Positions 10,444 to 20,434 are shown, counted from the stretch's first letter. The stretch is DNA of 64,000 nt from Bacteroidales bacterium (GCA_016930375.1 JAFGGU010000011.1:1397-65396), one strand, 5' to 3'. Notes: generated by a model not told the origin, from the letters alone. Translations and numbers: made by a program.

Positions 10444-11727
10444 ATGTTAACACTTAACCTGATCAGAGAGAAATCCGATGAAGTAATCCGCCGGCTGCAA
10501 TTGAAATATTTCGATGCCAGGGAACCCGTAAAAGAGATCCTCGCCCTGGATGAAGAACGCCGGTCCACCCAAAGCAAACTCGATGGCACACAGGCAGAAC
10601 TGAATGCCATATCCAAGGAAATCGGCGGGCTTCTTAAGGCCAACCGCACAGAAGAAGCTGAAGCCAAAAAGAATATGACCGCCACTCTGAAGAAAGAGAT
10701 CGATACACTAGCTGCTTCGCTTGCCGCAAATGAAACTTTACTCAGAAACATCCTGGTTAAACTGCCCAACCTGCCATCTCAGTATGTACCAGCCGGGACC
10801 GGCGCAGAAGATAATATTGTTGAGCGAGGGGGAGGTGCTATGCCCGAACTCGCCGCTGATGCATTGCCGCATTGGGACCTGGCCAGAATCTATGATATCA
10901 TCGATTTTGAACTGGGTAATAAGCTCACAGGCGCTGGATTTCCCGTTTACAAGGGACAGGGCGCGAAACTTCAACGCGCCCTCATCAGTTTCTTCCTCGA
11001 TGAAAATACCAATGCCGGCTACCTTGAAGTAATGCCCCCGCTCATGGTAAACGAAGATTCGGGATTTGGAACGGGACAGCTGCCCGACAAAGATGCCCAG
11101 ATGTACCATGTCACCCTCGATAATTTTTACCTGATTCCCACGGCCGAAGTGCCTGTTACCAATATATACCGCGATGTGATCCTTGATTCAAAGGACCTAC
11201 CGGTAAAGAACACCGCATATACTCCCTGCTTCCGGCGTGAGGCAGGATCCTATGGGAAAGATGTCAGGGGTTTGAACCGCCTGCATCAATTTGATAAAGT
11301 GGAGATTGTGCAGGTCCAGCATCCCAACAAATCCTACGAAGCGCTGGATGATATGGTAAGACATGTGGAAGGGCTTGTGAAAAAACTCGAACTTCCTTAC
11401 CGGATTGTCAAACTATGCGGTGGAGATATGAGCTTTACCTCAGCACTGACCTTCGATTTTGAGGTCTTTGCCGGTGCACAGAAACGGTGGCTTGAAGTGA
11501 GCTCCGTTTCCAATTTCGAATCTTTCCAGGCCAACCGGCTTAAGCTCAGGTTCAGGGATGAAGGATCTAAAAAGCCGATCCTTGCCCATACCCTCAACGG
11601 AAGTGCCCTGGCGCTTCCGCGAATTGTGGCAGCCTTGCTTGAGAATAACCAGACACCGGAAGGTATTAAAATCCCGGAAGCACTTGTCCCCTATACAGGA
11701 TTCACGATCATTGAAAAGCGCCGCTAA
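10444..11727 (+). CDS. serS: Serine--tRNA ligase
   Basis: N-terminal coiled-coil arm, GTGQLP, LIPTAEVP, FRREAGSYGKDVRGLNRLHQFDKVE, HTLNGSALALPR. Confidence 0.97.
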   Translation: MLTLNLIREKSDEVIRRLQLKYFDAREPVKEILALDEERRSTQSKLDGTQAELNAISKEIGGLLKANRTEEAEAKKNMTATLKKEIDTLAASLAANETLLRNILVKLPNLPSQYVPAGTGAEDNIVERGGGAMPELAADALPHWDLARIYDIIDFELGNKLTGAGFPVYKGQGAKLQRALISFFLDENTNAGYLEVMPPLMVNEDSGFGTGQLPDKDAQMYHVTLDNFYLIPTAEVPVTNIYRDVILDSKDLPVKNTAYTPCFRREAGSYGKDVRGLNRLHQFDKVEIVQVQHPNKSYEALDDMVRHVEGLVKKLELPYRIVKLCGGDMSFTSALTFDFEVFAGAQKRWLEVSSVSNFESFQANRLKLRFRDEGSKKPILAHTLNGSALALPRIVAALLENNQTPEGIKIPEALVPYTGFTIIEKRR

Positions 11728-11729
11728 AA

Positions 11730-12269
11730 ATGAAAAAATTTTCCCGATTTATGGGTGTCATGTTTGCTGTTACGGGTTTGCTGATCGCAGCATGCAATCG
11801 CGACAGGCAGACGGCTGATATTCCTGATATCCAGAGCATCTATAGCAATATCAGTTACCTTGATTCGCTCATCCGAACAGACCGGATTGACAGCATCGGA
11901 AAAGTCAACGATTTGATCGTTGCAACCCTGCGCAATTACGACCGCAGGGCCCAGTCTCCCGATGATGCAGCCATTCTCGATTCGTTGACAAGCATTAATT
12001 CAGCTGCCCATGATCTGATTCAGTTCTGTTCCGAAACGCAATCCAATCTCGACCTGCTGGAACAGGATACAAAAGCCCTGGAAAATCAGTACCGTTCGGG
12101 CAAAATCAAACTCATTGCCTATGCATCCGCTCTGGTGGAAGCTGATCAAACCCTGGTTGACATCCACAATCAACTGTCTGAAAAAACCAGAAAAGCCCTG
12201 GAATACCTGAAAAATCAATCTCTCCTGGTCAGCATGCTTGGTCCGCTCCCCATGCCGGCGGACCTGTAA
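11730..12269 (+). CDS. Hypothetical helical lipoprotein
   Basis: Signal peptide ending in lipobox LIAAC; 2 bp after the serS stop; coiled-coil-like sequence. Confidence 0.7.
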   Translation: MKKFSRFMGVMFAVTGLLIAACNRDRQTADIPDIQSIYSNISYLDSLIRTDRIDSIGKVNDLIVATLRNYDRRAQSPDDAAILDSLTSINSAAHDLIQFCSETQSNLDLLEQDTKALENQYRSGKIKLIAYASALVEADQTLVDIHNQLSEKTRKALEYLKNQSLLVSMLGPLPMPADL

Positions 12270-12271
12270 AC

Positions 12272-13156
12272 ATGACAAACCAGGCAAAAGCATATGTTTA
12301 TGCAGGGCTGACAGTTTTTTTCTGGTCGACCGTTGCCACTGCTTTTGAAATTGGCCTGCGCGACCTGAACAGCATTCAGCTTCTTTTGGTGGCCAATATC
12401 ACTGCACTGCTCGTGTTTTTTGTCCTCCTGATGGTGCAAAGAAAATTCAACCTGTTAAGGGAAGTGACAGCCCGGGCATTCGGATTGTCAGCTCTCCAGG
12501 GTTTGCTGAATCCCTTTGCCTATTACCTTTTGATATTCAAAGCATACAGTCTTCTTCCGGCACAGGTCGCCCAGCCGGCCAATTTTGTCTGGCCGGTCGT
12601 CCTTATGCTGCTGTCAGTTCCCCTGCTGAAACAACCCCTGAGATTCTACAATGTGGTTGCTTTGCTGGTTAGTTTTGCCGGTGTGCTTATCCTGTCGAGC
12701 CAGGGTAATTTAAGAGGTTTCCGGATCGTGCAGCCCCTGGGGATCGCACTGGCCCTGCTCTCCTCCGTGGTATGGTCGTTGTTCTGGATTGTTAACCTGA
12801 AAGACAACCGGGATAACCTTGTTAAATTGTTTTTAAGTTCCCTCTTCTCTGCCGGATATATTCTCATCCTGGCTCTTGCCACGGATAATTTCAATCCCGT
12901 TCTTTCCAAACCTCTGTATGCCTCTGTTTATATTGGTCTGTTCGAAATGGGCATTACCTTTGCATTCTGGCTGAAAGCCCTGCAATTGTCCGATTCAACA
13001 GGCAAAGTGGCTAACTTCATTTACCTGACGCCTTTCATTTCCCTGATATTCATTCATCTGATCCTGCATGAAGAACTGTACTATACCTCCATCATAGGTC
13101 TCTGCCTCATCGTGGGAGGAATACTGATCGGCAGGATTAAAAATGCCAAAGTATAA
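12272..13156 (+). CDS. DMT/EamA-family transporter
   Basis: About 10 TM helices in two repeats; FWSTVATAF, YSLLPAQVAQP, GLFEMGITF, IYLTPF. Confidence 0.88.
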   Translation: MTNQAKAYVYAGLTVFFWSTVATAFEIGLRDLNSIQLLLVANITALLVFFVLLMVQRKFNLLREVTARAFGLSALQGLLNPFAYYLLIFKAYSLLPAQVAQPANFVWPVVLMLLSVPLLKQPLRFYNVVALLVSFAGVLILSSQGNLRGFRIVQPLGIALALLSSVVWSLFWIVNLKDNRDNLVKLFLSSLFSAGYILILALATDNFNPVLSKPLYASVYIGLFEMGITFAFWLKALQLSDSTGKVANFIYLTPFISLIFIHLILHEELYYTSIIGLCLIVGGILIGRIKNAKV

Positions 13157-13231
13157 ACCATTTTAGGGATTTTCTCGTTTACTTTGTATTGTAAAAGATA
13201 CCGTTTGAAAACTAATTTTTGTTACTGTAAA

Positions 13232-14506
13232 ATGAAGACACGTTTAGTATCACTGCTTCTTGGGGGAATCGTTCTTTTTATGCCGGTTTCCTGTAAAAAA
13301 GAAAAAGACAATTCTGTAGAGATCATCAACAAAGAAACCTATGAACTGATGCAGGTCGTTTACCTGTGGAATACGCATCTGCCGGCTTCTGTTGATCCTT
13401 CTGCCTATTCCACGCCCGCTGAATTTCTGGATGCTATCCGGTATGACGAGTTGGACAAATGGAGCGCCATCATCACCAAGGATGAATTCAACCAGTACTT
13501 TGAGGAGGGCACCATGATCGGACACGGCTTCATGCTCGGGCTGGACGATGATGAAAACATCCGGATCGCCTTTGTTTATAATTCCACCCAGGCCTACCAG
13601 CAAGATGTGCGCAGGGGATGGATCGTTGAAAAAGTAAATGGTACGGTGGCCACGCCTTCCAACGTGTTTGACCTGTTGGGAGATTCCGAGGTAGGCGTTC
13701 GCAACGAAATTACTTTTACCAACGGTGACGGCATCCAGGTGACAAAGAACCTGACCAAGGAAGAAGTTGATATAACCCCGGTATTGCATTATGAAGTGCT
13801 GGAGCAGGGAACCAGCAAGATCGGTTACCTGGTTTTTCAGGATTTCATTGATGCTGCCAATGATGAGCTCGATGAGGCATTTGATTCATTCAGTGTTGCA
13901 GGTGTAAATGATGTTGTCATTGATATGCGCTATAATGGAGGTGGAAGTGTTGATGTTGCTGAACACCTTGCAGGCTGGCTCATTGGTAAGGATTTTGCGA
14001 ATCAGCCTTTCGTAAAATACCAGCATAATATGAACCTGGCAATTGATGAGGATACAACCATCAATATTAAGAGTAATCCGTCAGGACTAAGTCTCAACCG
14101 GATCTTTTTCATCGGAACCGAAAATACGGCTTCAGCCAGCGAGCTGATGATCAACGGCGTGAAACCTTATGTTGAATCGATACTGGCGGGAAGCACCACG
14201 CATGGCAAGCCCGTGGGAATGTATGTATTTGAGTTCAGGGATTATGACTGGGTTGTACTGCCGGTTTGCTTCAAGTATTCCAATGCCGACAATGAGGGCG
14301 ACTTTTATGACGGTCTGCAACCGGCGCTTTCAGCTGAGGATGATATCACCAGGGATTTTGGTGATCCGGAAGAATCTTCTCTGAAAGCCATTCTCGATTA
14401 TATTGAAACAGGTGTTATCCCTTTGAAATCAACCGGGCCGGCAGGTTACAAAACCAGTCTTATACATTCGGACAATACCCTCAACCAGTATTTAAAAGCT
14501 TATTGA
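13232..14506 (+). CDS. S41-family peptidase lipoprotein with PDZ-like domain
   Basis: Lipobox PVSC; IGYLVFQDF, IDMRYNGGG, TASASEL (catalytic Ser), THGKPVG. ATG at 13232 chosen. Confidence 0.88.
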   Translation: MKTRLVSLLLGGIVLFMPVSCKKEKDNSVEIINKETYELMQVVYLWNTHLPASVDPSAYSTPAEFLDAIRYDELDKWSAIITKDEFNQYFEEGTMIGHGFMLGLDDDENIRIAFVYNSTQAYQQDVRRGWIVEKVNGTVATPSNVFDLLGDSEVGVRNEITFTNGDGIQVTKNLTKEEVDITPVLHYEVLEQGTSKIGYLVFQDFIDAANDELDEAFDSFSVAGVNDVVIDMRYNGGGSVDVAEHLAGWLIGKDFANQPFVKYQHNMNLAIDEDTTINIKSNPSGLSLNRIFFIGTENTASASELMINGVKPYVESILAGSTTHGKPVGMYVFEFRDYDWVVLPVCFKYSNADNEGDFYDGLQPALSAEDDITRDFGDPEESSLKAILDYIETGVIPLKSTGPAGYKTSLIHSDNTLNQYLKAY

Positions 14507-14513
14507 TGAAAAC

Positions 14514-15059
14514 ATGGTGATTCTGGGCATCGACCCCGGCACGACCATTATGGGATACGGCGTGATCAGCATTACGCGGAACGAGCCTGCTATGCTGCTG
14601 CTCGGATCGCTTGACCAGCGGAAGATCCGGGACCATTTTGAAAAGATCGCCAAAATATTTGAGCGGACGCTGGAGCTGATCCGTGACTATAAACCTTCAG
14701 CCCTGGCCATTGAAGCGCCCTTTTATGGAAAAAATGTCCAATCCATGCTCAAATTGGGAAGGGCCCAGGGTGCGGCCATCTCAGCAGCCCTGTATAAGTC
14801 AGTTCCTGTTTTTGAATATGCCCCGAGGAAGATCAAACAATCTATTACAGGTCATGGTGATGCTTCCAAGGAACAGGTCGCCAATTTTCTACAGTACATA
14901 TTAAAAATTCAGCTGAAGCCCGAAACCCTGGATGCCACGGATGGGCTGGCTGCCGCCCTGTGCCATTTTTACCAGGTGAAAAATCCGGTGAATTCAGGAA
15001 CCTCGAATAACTGGGAGGATTTTATCAGGAAGAATCCGGGGAGGGTAAGAGAAAAGTAG
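14514..15059 (+). CDS. ruvC: Holliday junction resolvase RuvC
   Basis: ILGIDPGT, AIEAPFYGKNVQSMLKLGRAQG, GDASKEQV, DATDGLAAALCH. Confidence 0.96.
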   Translation: MVILGIDPGTTIMGYGVISITRNEPAMLLLGSLDQRKIRDHFEKIAKIFERTLELIRDYKPSALAIEAPFYGKNVQSMLKLGRAQGAAISAALYKSVPVFEYAPRKIKQSITGHGDASKEQVANFLQYILKIQLKPETLDATDGLAAALCHFYQVKNPVNSGTSNNWEDFIRKNPGRVREK

Positions 15060-15122
15060 CAGCGGCAGTAGCAGTGGCACGGTCCATAGACCCTTCAAGC
15101 GGTCCAAAGACCCTTGAAGGGT
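15055..15122. repeat. Hexamer array (AGYRGC x4) fused to a 20-bp direct repeat / REP-like palindrome
   Basis: agtagc agcggc agtagc agtggc overlaps the ruvC stop. Then cggtccatagacccttcaag / cggtccaaagacccttgaag, containing a perfect 10-bp IR acccttcaag...cttgaagggt. Confidence 0.85.
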
Positions 15123-15132
15123 GTGGGTTTCA

Positions 15133-15525
15133 TTAAAGATTCTTCCGGATCTTCTCCGCGATCTCCATGAACTCCTCCGGTGTCAGTTTGAGCTTGGGCT
15201 TGCCGAAATTGATATCCCCCAGGTCATGGATGGGGATCAGGTGAATATGCGCATGCGGCACTTCCAGTCCGAGTACTGCAATCCCCACCCTTTTGCAGGG
15301 TACTGCCTTCTCTACGGCAAGGGCTACCCGTTTGGAAAAAACGATCATTCCTGCCAGCAGGTCATCCCCGATATCAAAGATGTAATCCGTCTCCTTTTTG
15401 GGAACCACGAGGGTATGACCTTTGGTCAGGGGGTTGATATCCAGAAAAGCAAAGAAGTCCTTGTCTTCGGCAATCTTATAGCAAGGTATTTCACCGGTTA
15501 TAATTCTTGAAAATAGTGTAGGCAT
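15133..15525 (-). CDS. HIT-family nucleotide hydrolase
   Basis: MPTLFSRIITGEIP, AFLDINPLTKGHTLVVPK, histidine triad HAHIH. True start is probably the ATG at 15525. Confidence 0.93.
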   Translation of the reverse strand: MPTLFSRIITGEIPCYKIAEDKDFFAFLDINPLTKGHTLVVPKKETDYIFDIGDDLLAGMIVFSKRVALAVEKAVPCKRVGIAVLGLEVPHAHIHLIPIHDLGDINFGKPKLKLTPEEFMEIAEKIRKNL

Positions 15526-15544
15526 GGCAATGCGGGTGTTATTC

Positions 15545-16018
15545 CTATCTTGAGATTTCGATGATTTCAAAGGGGATGACACCCGAAGGGACCTGAATTT
15601 CAACATGGTCTCCTACTTTTTTACCGATCAATCCCCGGGCAATGGGTGTGCTTACGGCAATTTTACCTTTTTTCAGATCGGCTTCCGAATCAGAAACAAT
15701 GGTATATTCCATGGTGGAATTATTTTTTGTATTTCTGATCTTGATCTTATTTAAAATTTGAATGCGTTCCGTATCCAGTTTCGATCCGTCAATAATCCTT
15801 GAGCTGCCGATTGCATCTTTCAGCCTGGCTATCTTCATTTCGAGCATGCCCTGGGCTTCTTTAGCAGCTTCATACTCGGCGTTTTCTGAAAGATCACCTT
15901 TATCCCGTGCCTCAGCAATCAGTTTGGAGATGGCAGGCCTCTCAACGCCAACCAGATTTTCCAGCTCCACTTTGAGCTTTTGCAAACCCTCTTCAGTGAT
16001 ATAAGAAATTTTAGTCAT
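15545..16018 (-). CDS. greA: Transcription elongation factor GreA
   Basis: EARDKGDLSENAEYEAAK, IAVSTPIARGLIGKKVGD. Confidence 0.96.
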   Translation of the reverse strand: MTKISYITEEGLQKLKVELENLVGVERPAISKLIAEARDKGDLSENAEYEAAKEAQGMLEMKIARLKDAIGSSRIIDGSKLDTERIQILNKIKIRNTKNNSTMEYTIVSDSEADLKKGKIAVSTPIARGLIGKKVGDHVEIQVPSGVIPFEIIEISR

Positions 16019-16040
16019 AACTAAACCTCCTTAATGTCAT

Positions 16041-16074
16041 AATAAAAAAAGAATTCCGAAATTCGGAACCCTTT
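16041..16074 (-). terminator. Intrinsic-terminator-like hairpin in the greA 5' leader
   Basis: Minus strand AAAGGGTTCCGA-ATT-TCGGAATTCTTT then TTTT; lies about 25 nt upstream of the greA start. Confidence 0.65.
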
Positions 16075-16159
16075 AACAACTTGACCTTAAATTAATTAAT
16101 TAGTTTTTTCTACGAAATTGCAATGTCCTTTTAATGTAAAAAGAAGTACTCTAAAGTAA

Positions 16160-16750
16160 TTAATATTCTTTTCTTTTCAAAATTTCTGAATAGATAATTG
16201 CCTTTCTCGGATCAAAAAAACGCTCTTCCGACAATCTTTCCTTTCTCGACTTTTCTTCAGCTTCAACCGATACGATCTCACCACTGGCAATATCATCCTG
16301 CATACCTTCCTGATCGAGATTTTTCCGGATGGATTCATATTTGGCGATCATTTTCTGAATGTCGGATTGTCCTTCCTCCTGGGATGGAGTGTCCAAAGGT
16401 GTTTCCATTTCGTCTGCTGCACTGGTTTCCGCAGTCATGCCTGCCAGTTCCGCCGAAGCTTCTTCGGTATCCACTTTCATGCCGGCTTCTTCAACCGTAG
16501 GACCGCTTTCCAACGTTTCATATTCAAAAGGTTCCGCTTTGGGTCTCGGAATATCAAACAACTCGATGAGAGGACCCAGTTCCGGAGGGAAGTCTTTTCC
16601 CGGATCTGCCGGAATATTCGGCTGAATAACCGGACCCCTGGGCCTGGCGGCAGCCTGCTGTTTCTTCATCCTGTTCTTATAAGCACTGGCAATCACTCCG
16701 ATAATGCCAATAACAACATAAATCAACAATTGAATCAGATCATCATCCAT
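16160..16750 (-). CDS. Hypothetical single-TM protein with acidic linker and conserved-looking C-terminal motif
   Basis: N-terminal TM helix, acidic low-complexity middle, C-terminal FDPRKAIIYSEILKRKEY. Confidence 0.75.
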   Translation of the reverse strand: MDDDLIQLLIYVVIGIIGVIASAYKNRMKKQQAAARPRGPVIQPNIPADPGKDFPPELGPLIELFDIPRPKAEPFEYETLESGPTVEEAGMKVDTEEASAELAGMTAETSAADEMETPLDTPSQEEGQSDIQKMIAKYESIRKNLDQEGMQDDIASGEIVSVEAEEKSRKERLSEERFFDPRKAIIYSEILKRKEY

Positions 16751-16786
16751 GCGCTGTGTATGATTTACAGGTAAAATTAATAATTA

Positions 16787-17092
16787 TTATCGGTTTTTGG
16801 GTCGTTTCTTTTTGAAAATGCGGTCGGCCAGTTTCGGATCATTCTGCCGGTTAAAATCGTCTGCCTTCTTTCTGGACGCATCCATCATTTCCTGCGTTTT
16901 CCGGGATTGTATGTCATACCTGTGTTTGATGGTCCGTTTTCTGGCCTTTGCATAGGCTTTTTTATAAGCCCGCTCAACCTGCTCCTTTTTTTTTGCAGCC
17001 TTGCTGTTCTGCCTTTGTTGTGCATTTGCAATGGTTACAACCAGCAAAAAAGCAATCAGCAGGCTTATGAATGTGCGGAATATTTGCTTCAT
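16787..17092 (-). CDS. Hypothetical small basic exported protein
   Basis: Sec signal peptide (ANA|QQ) followed by a very Lys/Arg-rich helical region; co-oriented with neighbours. Confidence 0.7.
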   Translation of the reverse strand: MKQIFRTFISLLIAFLLVVTIANAQQRQNSKAAKKKEQVERAYKKAYAKARKRTIKHRYDIQSRKTQEMMDASRKKADDFNRQNDPKLADRIFKKKRPKNR

Positions 17093-17150
17093 ACCAGGTT
17101 TGGCTCCTTGCCTTATCCCGATAATATATAACGGGGAATCCTTCTAAAAG

Positions 17151-18752
17151 TTACTTGGAAAGCGCGTCGACCGCTGTCAGCAATGTATTGTCAATATCCT
17201 GTATAATCGGAAAAAAGCCGTCATTATCCAGGAAATTTCTCGCTATGTAAGCATATAGCTGAACTTTCAGGATTTTTTCCGAAGTCTTGATATCACGGGG
17301 CACCTCTTTAACCCCCTCTTTAGCCGCAAAAACAATGAATTTGCGCATTACGGCCTGTTCATCCAGGTACTCCACGATCTCACCGGGCGTTTTAAATGCC
17401 GCCAATTTTTTCCGGTTCTCATCCGCATATTTAAGTGAATACCTGTAAATCAAACCCTGGTTCCTGATGTTGATATAATATTCTGAAATACCCAGCGTAT
17501 CGAAAGGAACGAAAATATCCGGCATAATGCCTCCTCCTCCGTAAACCGTTTTCCCCCCCGGCGTGACGAATTTCAGTGAATCCTCAAATTTATTGCTGTC
17601 GGCAATCTCCATTTCACCATGCATAATCCTGTCACTGATTTCGTCAAAGTATTCATCCAGGTCCTTGTTATAGGGTCTCTGAATACTCCGGCCGGTTGGC
17701 GTGTAATAGCGCGCAATGGTAAGCCGGATAGCAGAACCATCAGCAAGAGGTTTCTGTTCCTGAACAAGCCCTTTTCCAAAGGAGCGTCGACCGATAATGG
17801 TTCCCCTGTCATTGTCCTGTATGGCACCGGCCAAAATCTCACTTGCCGAAGCAGACATCTCATCAATGAGTATGACGATATCAAGATCGGTGCACAGGCC
17901 ACCGGGAGTGCTCACAAAATCTTCCTTTTCCCTGGCCTTGCCCTGTGTATAAACGATGGTTTCAGTTCCCTTTAAAAACTGATCGGCTATGAAGATCGCT
18001 GCATTCATAAATCCTCCGCCGTTCTCACGCAGGTCCAGTATAATCTTTTTCATGCCCTGCTCGCGCAGCCGGGAGACCGCCGCTATAAATTCCTCTTCGG
18101 TAGTGGCTGAGAACTTGTTCAGTTTCACAAAACCAATACCGGGTTTGATCATATAGGCAACATCCACACTGTAAAGCGGTATGTTATCCCTGGTTATATC
18201 AAAGCTAAGCTGATCATTCACATTTTTCCGGCTGATCTCCACATTCACCTGCGTACCCTTGGGACCCCTCAATTTGCCGACAATCGAATCGCTGTGCAGA
18301 TTTACACCGGCTACCAGTTCTCCGTCAACTTTAATAATCCGGTCCCCGGCAAGAACACCCACTTTCTGAGATGGCCCGTTGGCTACAGTCTGAATAACGA
18401 CCAGGGTATCATTCAACATGTTGAACTGGATACCAATTCCACTGAAGTTTCCTTCGAGAGGTTCATTCACTTTCTGAAGCTCAACTGCAGGGATATATTG
18501 GGAATGCGGATCCAGATCCTCGAGAATTTTTGGAATGGCTCTTTCAATGATTTCCGTTTTGGATACATTATCAACATACTCGTTCTCAATGTAATTCAAT
18601 ACATTGTCGAGTTTATTGGCCTTGGGAATGATGATAAATTTGTTTTCCGTATTGGACCCGTTATAATACCTGCCGACCAGGATTCCAATTACAATCGCCA
18701 AAGCAACAACAATGGGCAAATATATGGCAACACCCTTATTCTTGTATTCCAT
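17151..18752 (-). CDS. Carboxy-terminal processing protease (S41A, CtpA/Prc-like)
   Basis: LDPHSQY, FSGIGIQF (PDZ), LDLRENGGG, SASASEILAGAIQDNDR, SFGKGLVQ, ARYYTPTGRSIQ. Confidence 0.93.
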   Translation of the reverse strand: MEYKNKGVAIYLPIVVALAIVIGILVGRYYNGSNTENKFIIIPKANKLDNVLNYIENEYVDNVSKTEIIERAIPKILEDLDPHSQYIPAVELQKVNEPLEGNFSGIGIQFNMLNDTLVVIQTVANGPSQKVGVLAGDRIIKVDGELVAGVNLHSDSIVGKLRGPKGTQVNVEISRKNVNDQLSFDITRDNIPLYSVDVAYMIKPGIGFVKLNKFSATTEEEFIAAVSRLREQGMKKIILDLRENGGGFMNAAIFIADQFLKGTETIVYTQGKAREKEDFVSTPGGLCTDLDIVILIDEMSASASEILAGAIQDNDRGTIIGRRSFGKGLVQEQKPLADGSAIRLTIARYYTPTGRSIQRPYNKDLDEYFDEISDRIMHGEMEIADSNKFEDSLKFVTPGGKTVYGGGGIMPDIFVPFDTLGISEYYINIRNQGLIYRYSLKYADENRKKLAAFKTPGEIVEYLDEQAVMRKFIVFAAKEGVKEVPRDIKTSEKILKVQLYAYIARNFLDNDGFFPIIQDIDNTLLTAVDALSK

Positions 18753-18763
18753 CCTCTATTCTT

Positions 18764-19210
18764 TTATAAATCAATGTACTCTATTTCGATATTCGCTTTG
18801 CGCAACAGATCCACACCGTCCTGGGTATGATATGCATCACAAAAAACCACCCGGCGGATTCCCGATTGTATAATGAGCTTTGCACATTCCATACAGGGTG
18901 ATGTGGTAATATACAACGTTGCCCCTTCACTGCTGTTGTTTGATTTGGCCACTTTTGTTATGGCATTCGCCTCAGCATGCAACACATAGGGTTTGGTTTT
19001 GTAATTCTCATCTTCGCAGATATTCTCGAATCCTGCCGGAGTTCCGTTGAAGCCATCGGAAATGATCATCCTTTCTTTTACAATCAGCGCTCCTACCTGT
19101 CTGCGCCTGCAATAGGAGTTCTGGGCCCAGATACGTGCCATTTCAAGGTATCTTTTATCAAATTGGGCCTGTTTTTCACCGTAAGGATGAATCGGATCAT
19201 ATTTTTTCAT
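18764..19210 (-). CDS. dCMP deaminase (ComEB-like)
   Basis: SYCRRRQVGA, GFNGTP, HAEANAI, SPCMEC zinc motifs. ATG at 19210 preferred. Confidence 0.92.
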   Translation of the reverse strand: MKKYDPIHPYGEKQAQFDKRYLEMARIWAQNSYCRRRQVGALIVKERMIISDGFNGTPAGFENICEDENYKTKPYVLHAEANAITKVAKSNNSSEGATLYITTSPCMECAKLIIQSGIRRVVFCDAYHTQDGVDLLRKANIEIEYIDL

Positions 19211-19361
19211 TTCCGCGCAATGATTGAGCAACAACTCTCCGCACAACGGAGGACAAATATAGTATTAATTTCAATGGGTATGAATCGGATCTGCTATTTT
19301 ATCAGTTCATGCAGCAATGTGAAAATTAAGTCGTCATTACTGAAACTGTAAACTTAATCTT

Positions 19362-20093
19362 ATGAAAACTGGAACTTACAATAAAGCTGGTCTGACTATC
19401 CTGACTTTGGGATGTTTGGTTTTATTCTCGTGCGCATCGAACGTAATAACAGGTCAAACCGTTAAAGAAACAAGGAGTGTTTCTGCTTTCTCCGGGGTGG
19501 CGCTGGCATTCTCCGGTGACGTCTATATCACACAGGGGGCGGTACAGAAAGTTGAAATTGAAGCCGATAAGAAAACCCTGGAGATCATTGAAACCGAGGT
19601 TGAGAATAATGTGCTTGTGTTGAAAACCAAAAATGGCCACTGGCGCGATCTCGGACAAGTCAAGGCTTTTATTACCATGCCGGATATAGGCGAGCTTAGC
19701 GTAAGCGGATCAGGCGATATGATTTGCGAAACACTTGTGAAAACTGATGAAATTGAAATTAAGGTTAGCGGCAGCGGTTCTGTCAGAATGCGTAAACTGG
19801 AGTCCCGTGAAGTTAACGCAACCATTACAGGTTCAGGTGACATAACCCTTTCAGGCAGCAGCGCTGAACAGAGCGAACTGGATGCAGTGATAACCGGATC
19901 TGGCAACTTCAATGCCGAGGAGTTACCTTTTGCTGAGGTTGACGTTAAGATAACAGGTTCAGGCTCTGCCAGGGTAAATGCGCTGAAAGAACTTGAGACC
20001 ATGATCACCGGAAGCGGCAGTGTCCTTTACAAGGGTAATCCAAAGATCAGTGCCAATGCCACGGGATCAGGAAGAACCAAATCCTTGAACTAA
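19362..20093 (+). CDS. Head GIN domain (DUF2807) lipoprotein
   Basis: Lipobox LFSC; repeated (V/I)(S/T)GSG beta-helix motifs; C-terminal YKGNP. Confidence 0.88.
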   Translation: MKTGTYNKAGLTILTLGCLVLFSCASNVITGQTVKETRSVSAFSGVALAFSGDVYITQGAVQKVEIEADKKTLEIIETEVENNVLVLKTKNGHWRDLGQVKAFITMPDIGELSVSGSGDMICETLVKTDEIEIKVSGSGSVRMRKLESREVNATITGSGDITLSGSSAEQSELDAVITGSGNFNAEELPFAEVDVKITGSGSARVNALKELETMITGSGSVLYKGNPKISANATGSGRTKSLN

Positions 20094-20413
20094 TCGCCTT
20101 TGATCATCACCAGCATCATCTTGAATTTCTCCACGGCCTGAACGGCATGGGGAATGTTGGCAGGCATAACAATGAACTGCCCTGCTGAAAGGTCATAGGG
20201 CTCCCTGTTGATAATGATTCTCCCCCTGCCCTCGGTGACCAGCACGTAGGCATCAAACGGAGCACTGTGCTCACTCAGGCTTTGTCCTGAATCAAAAGCA
20301 AACAGGGTGATATTCCCTGTTTGCTTTTTCAATACCATTTTGCTTACCGTGGCATTATCGGAGTAAATTACCGATTCAGCCAGATTAAATACGGTTGATT
20401 TTTCAAATTCCAT
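20090..20413 (-). CDS. Cupin-domain protein
   Basis: LFAFDSGQSLSEHSAPFDA, MPANIPHAV; directly downstream of hcp. Confidence 0.9.
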   Translation of the reverse strand: MEFEKSTVFNLAESVIYSDNATVSKMVLKKQTGNITLFAFDSGQSLSEHSAPFDAYVLVTEGRGRIIINREPYDLSAGQFIVMPANIPHAVQAVEKFKMMLVMIKGD

Positions 20414-20434
20414 GGATCACATTTTATATTGTAA

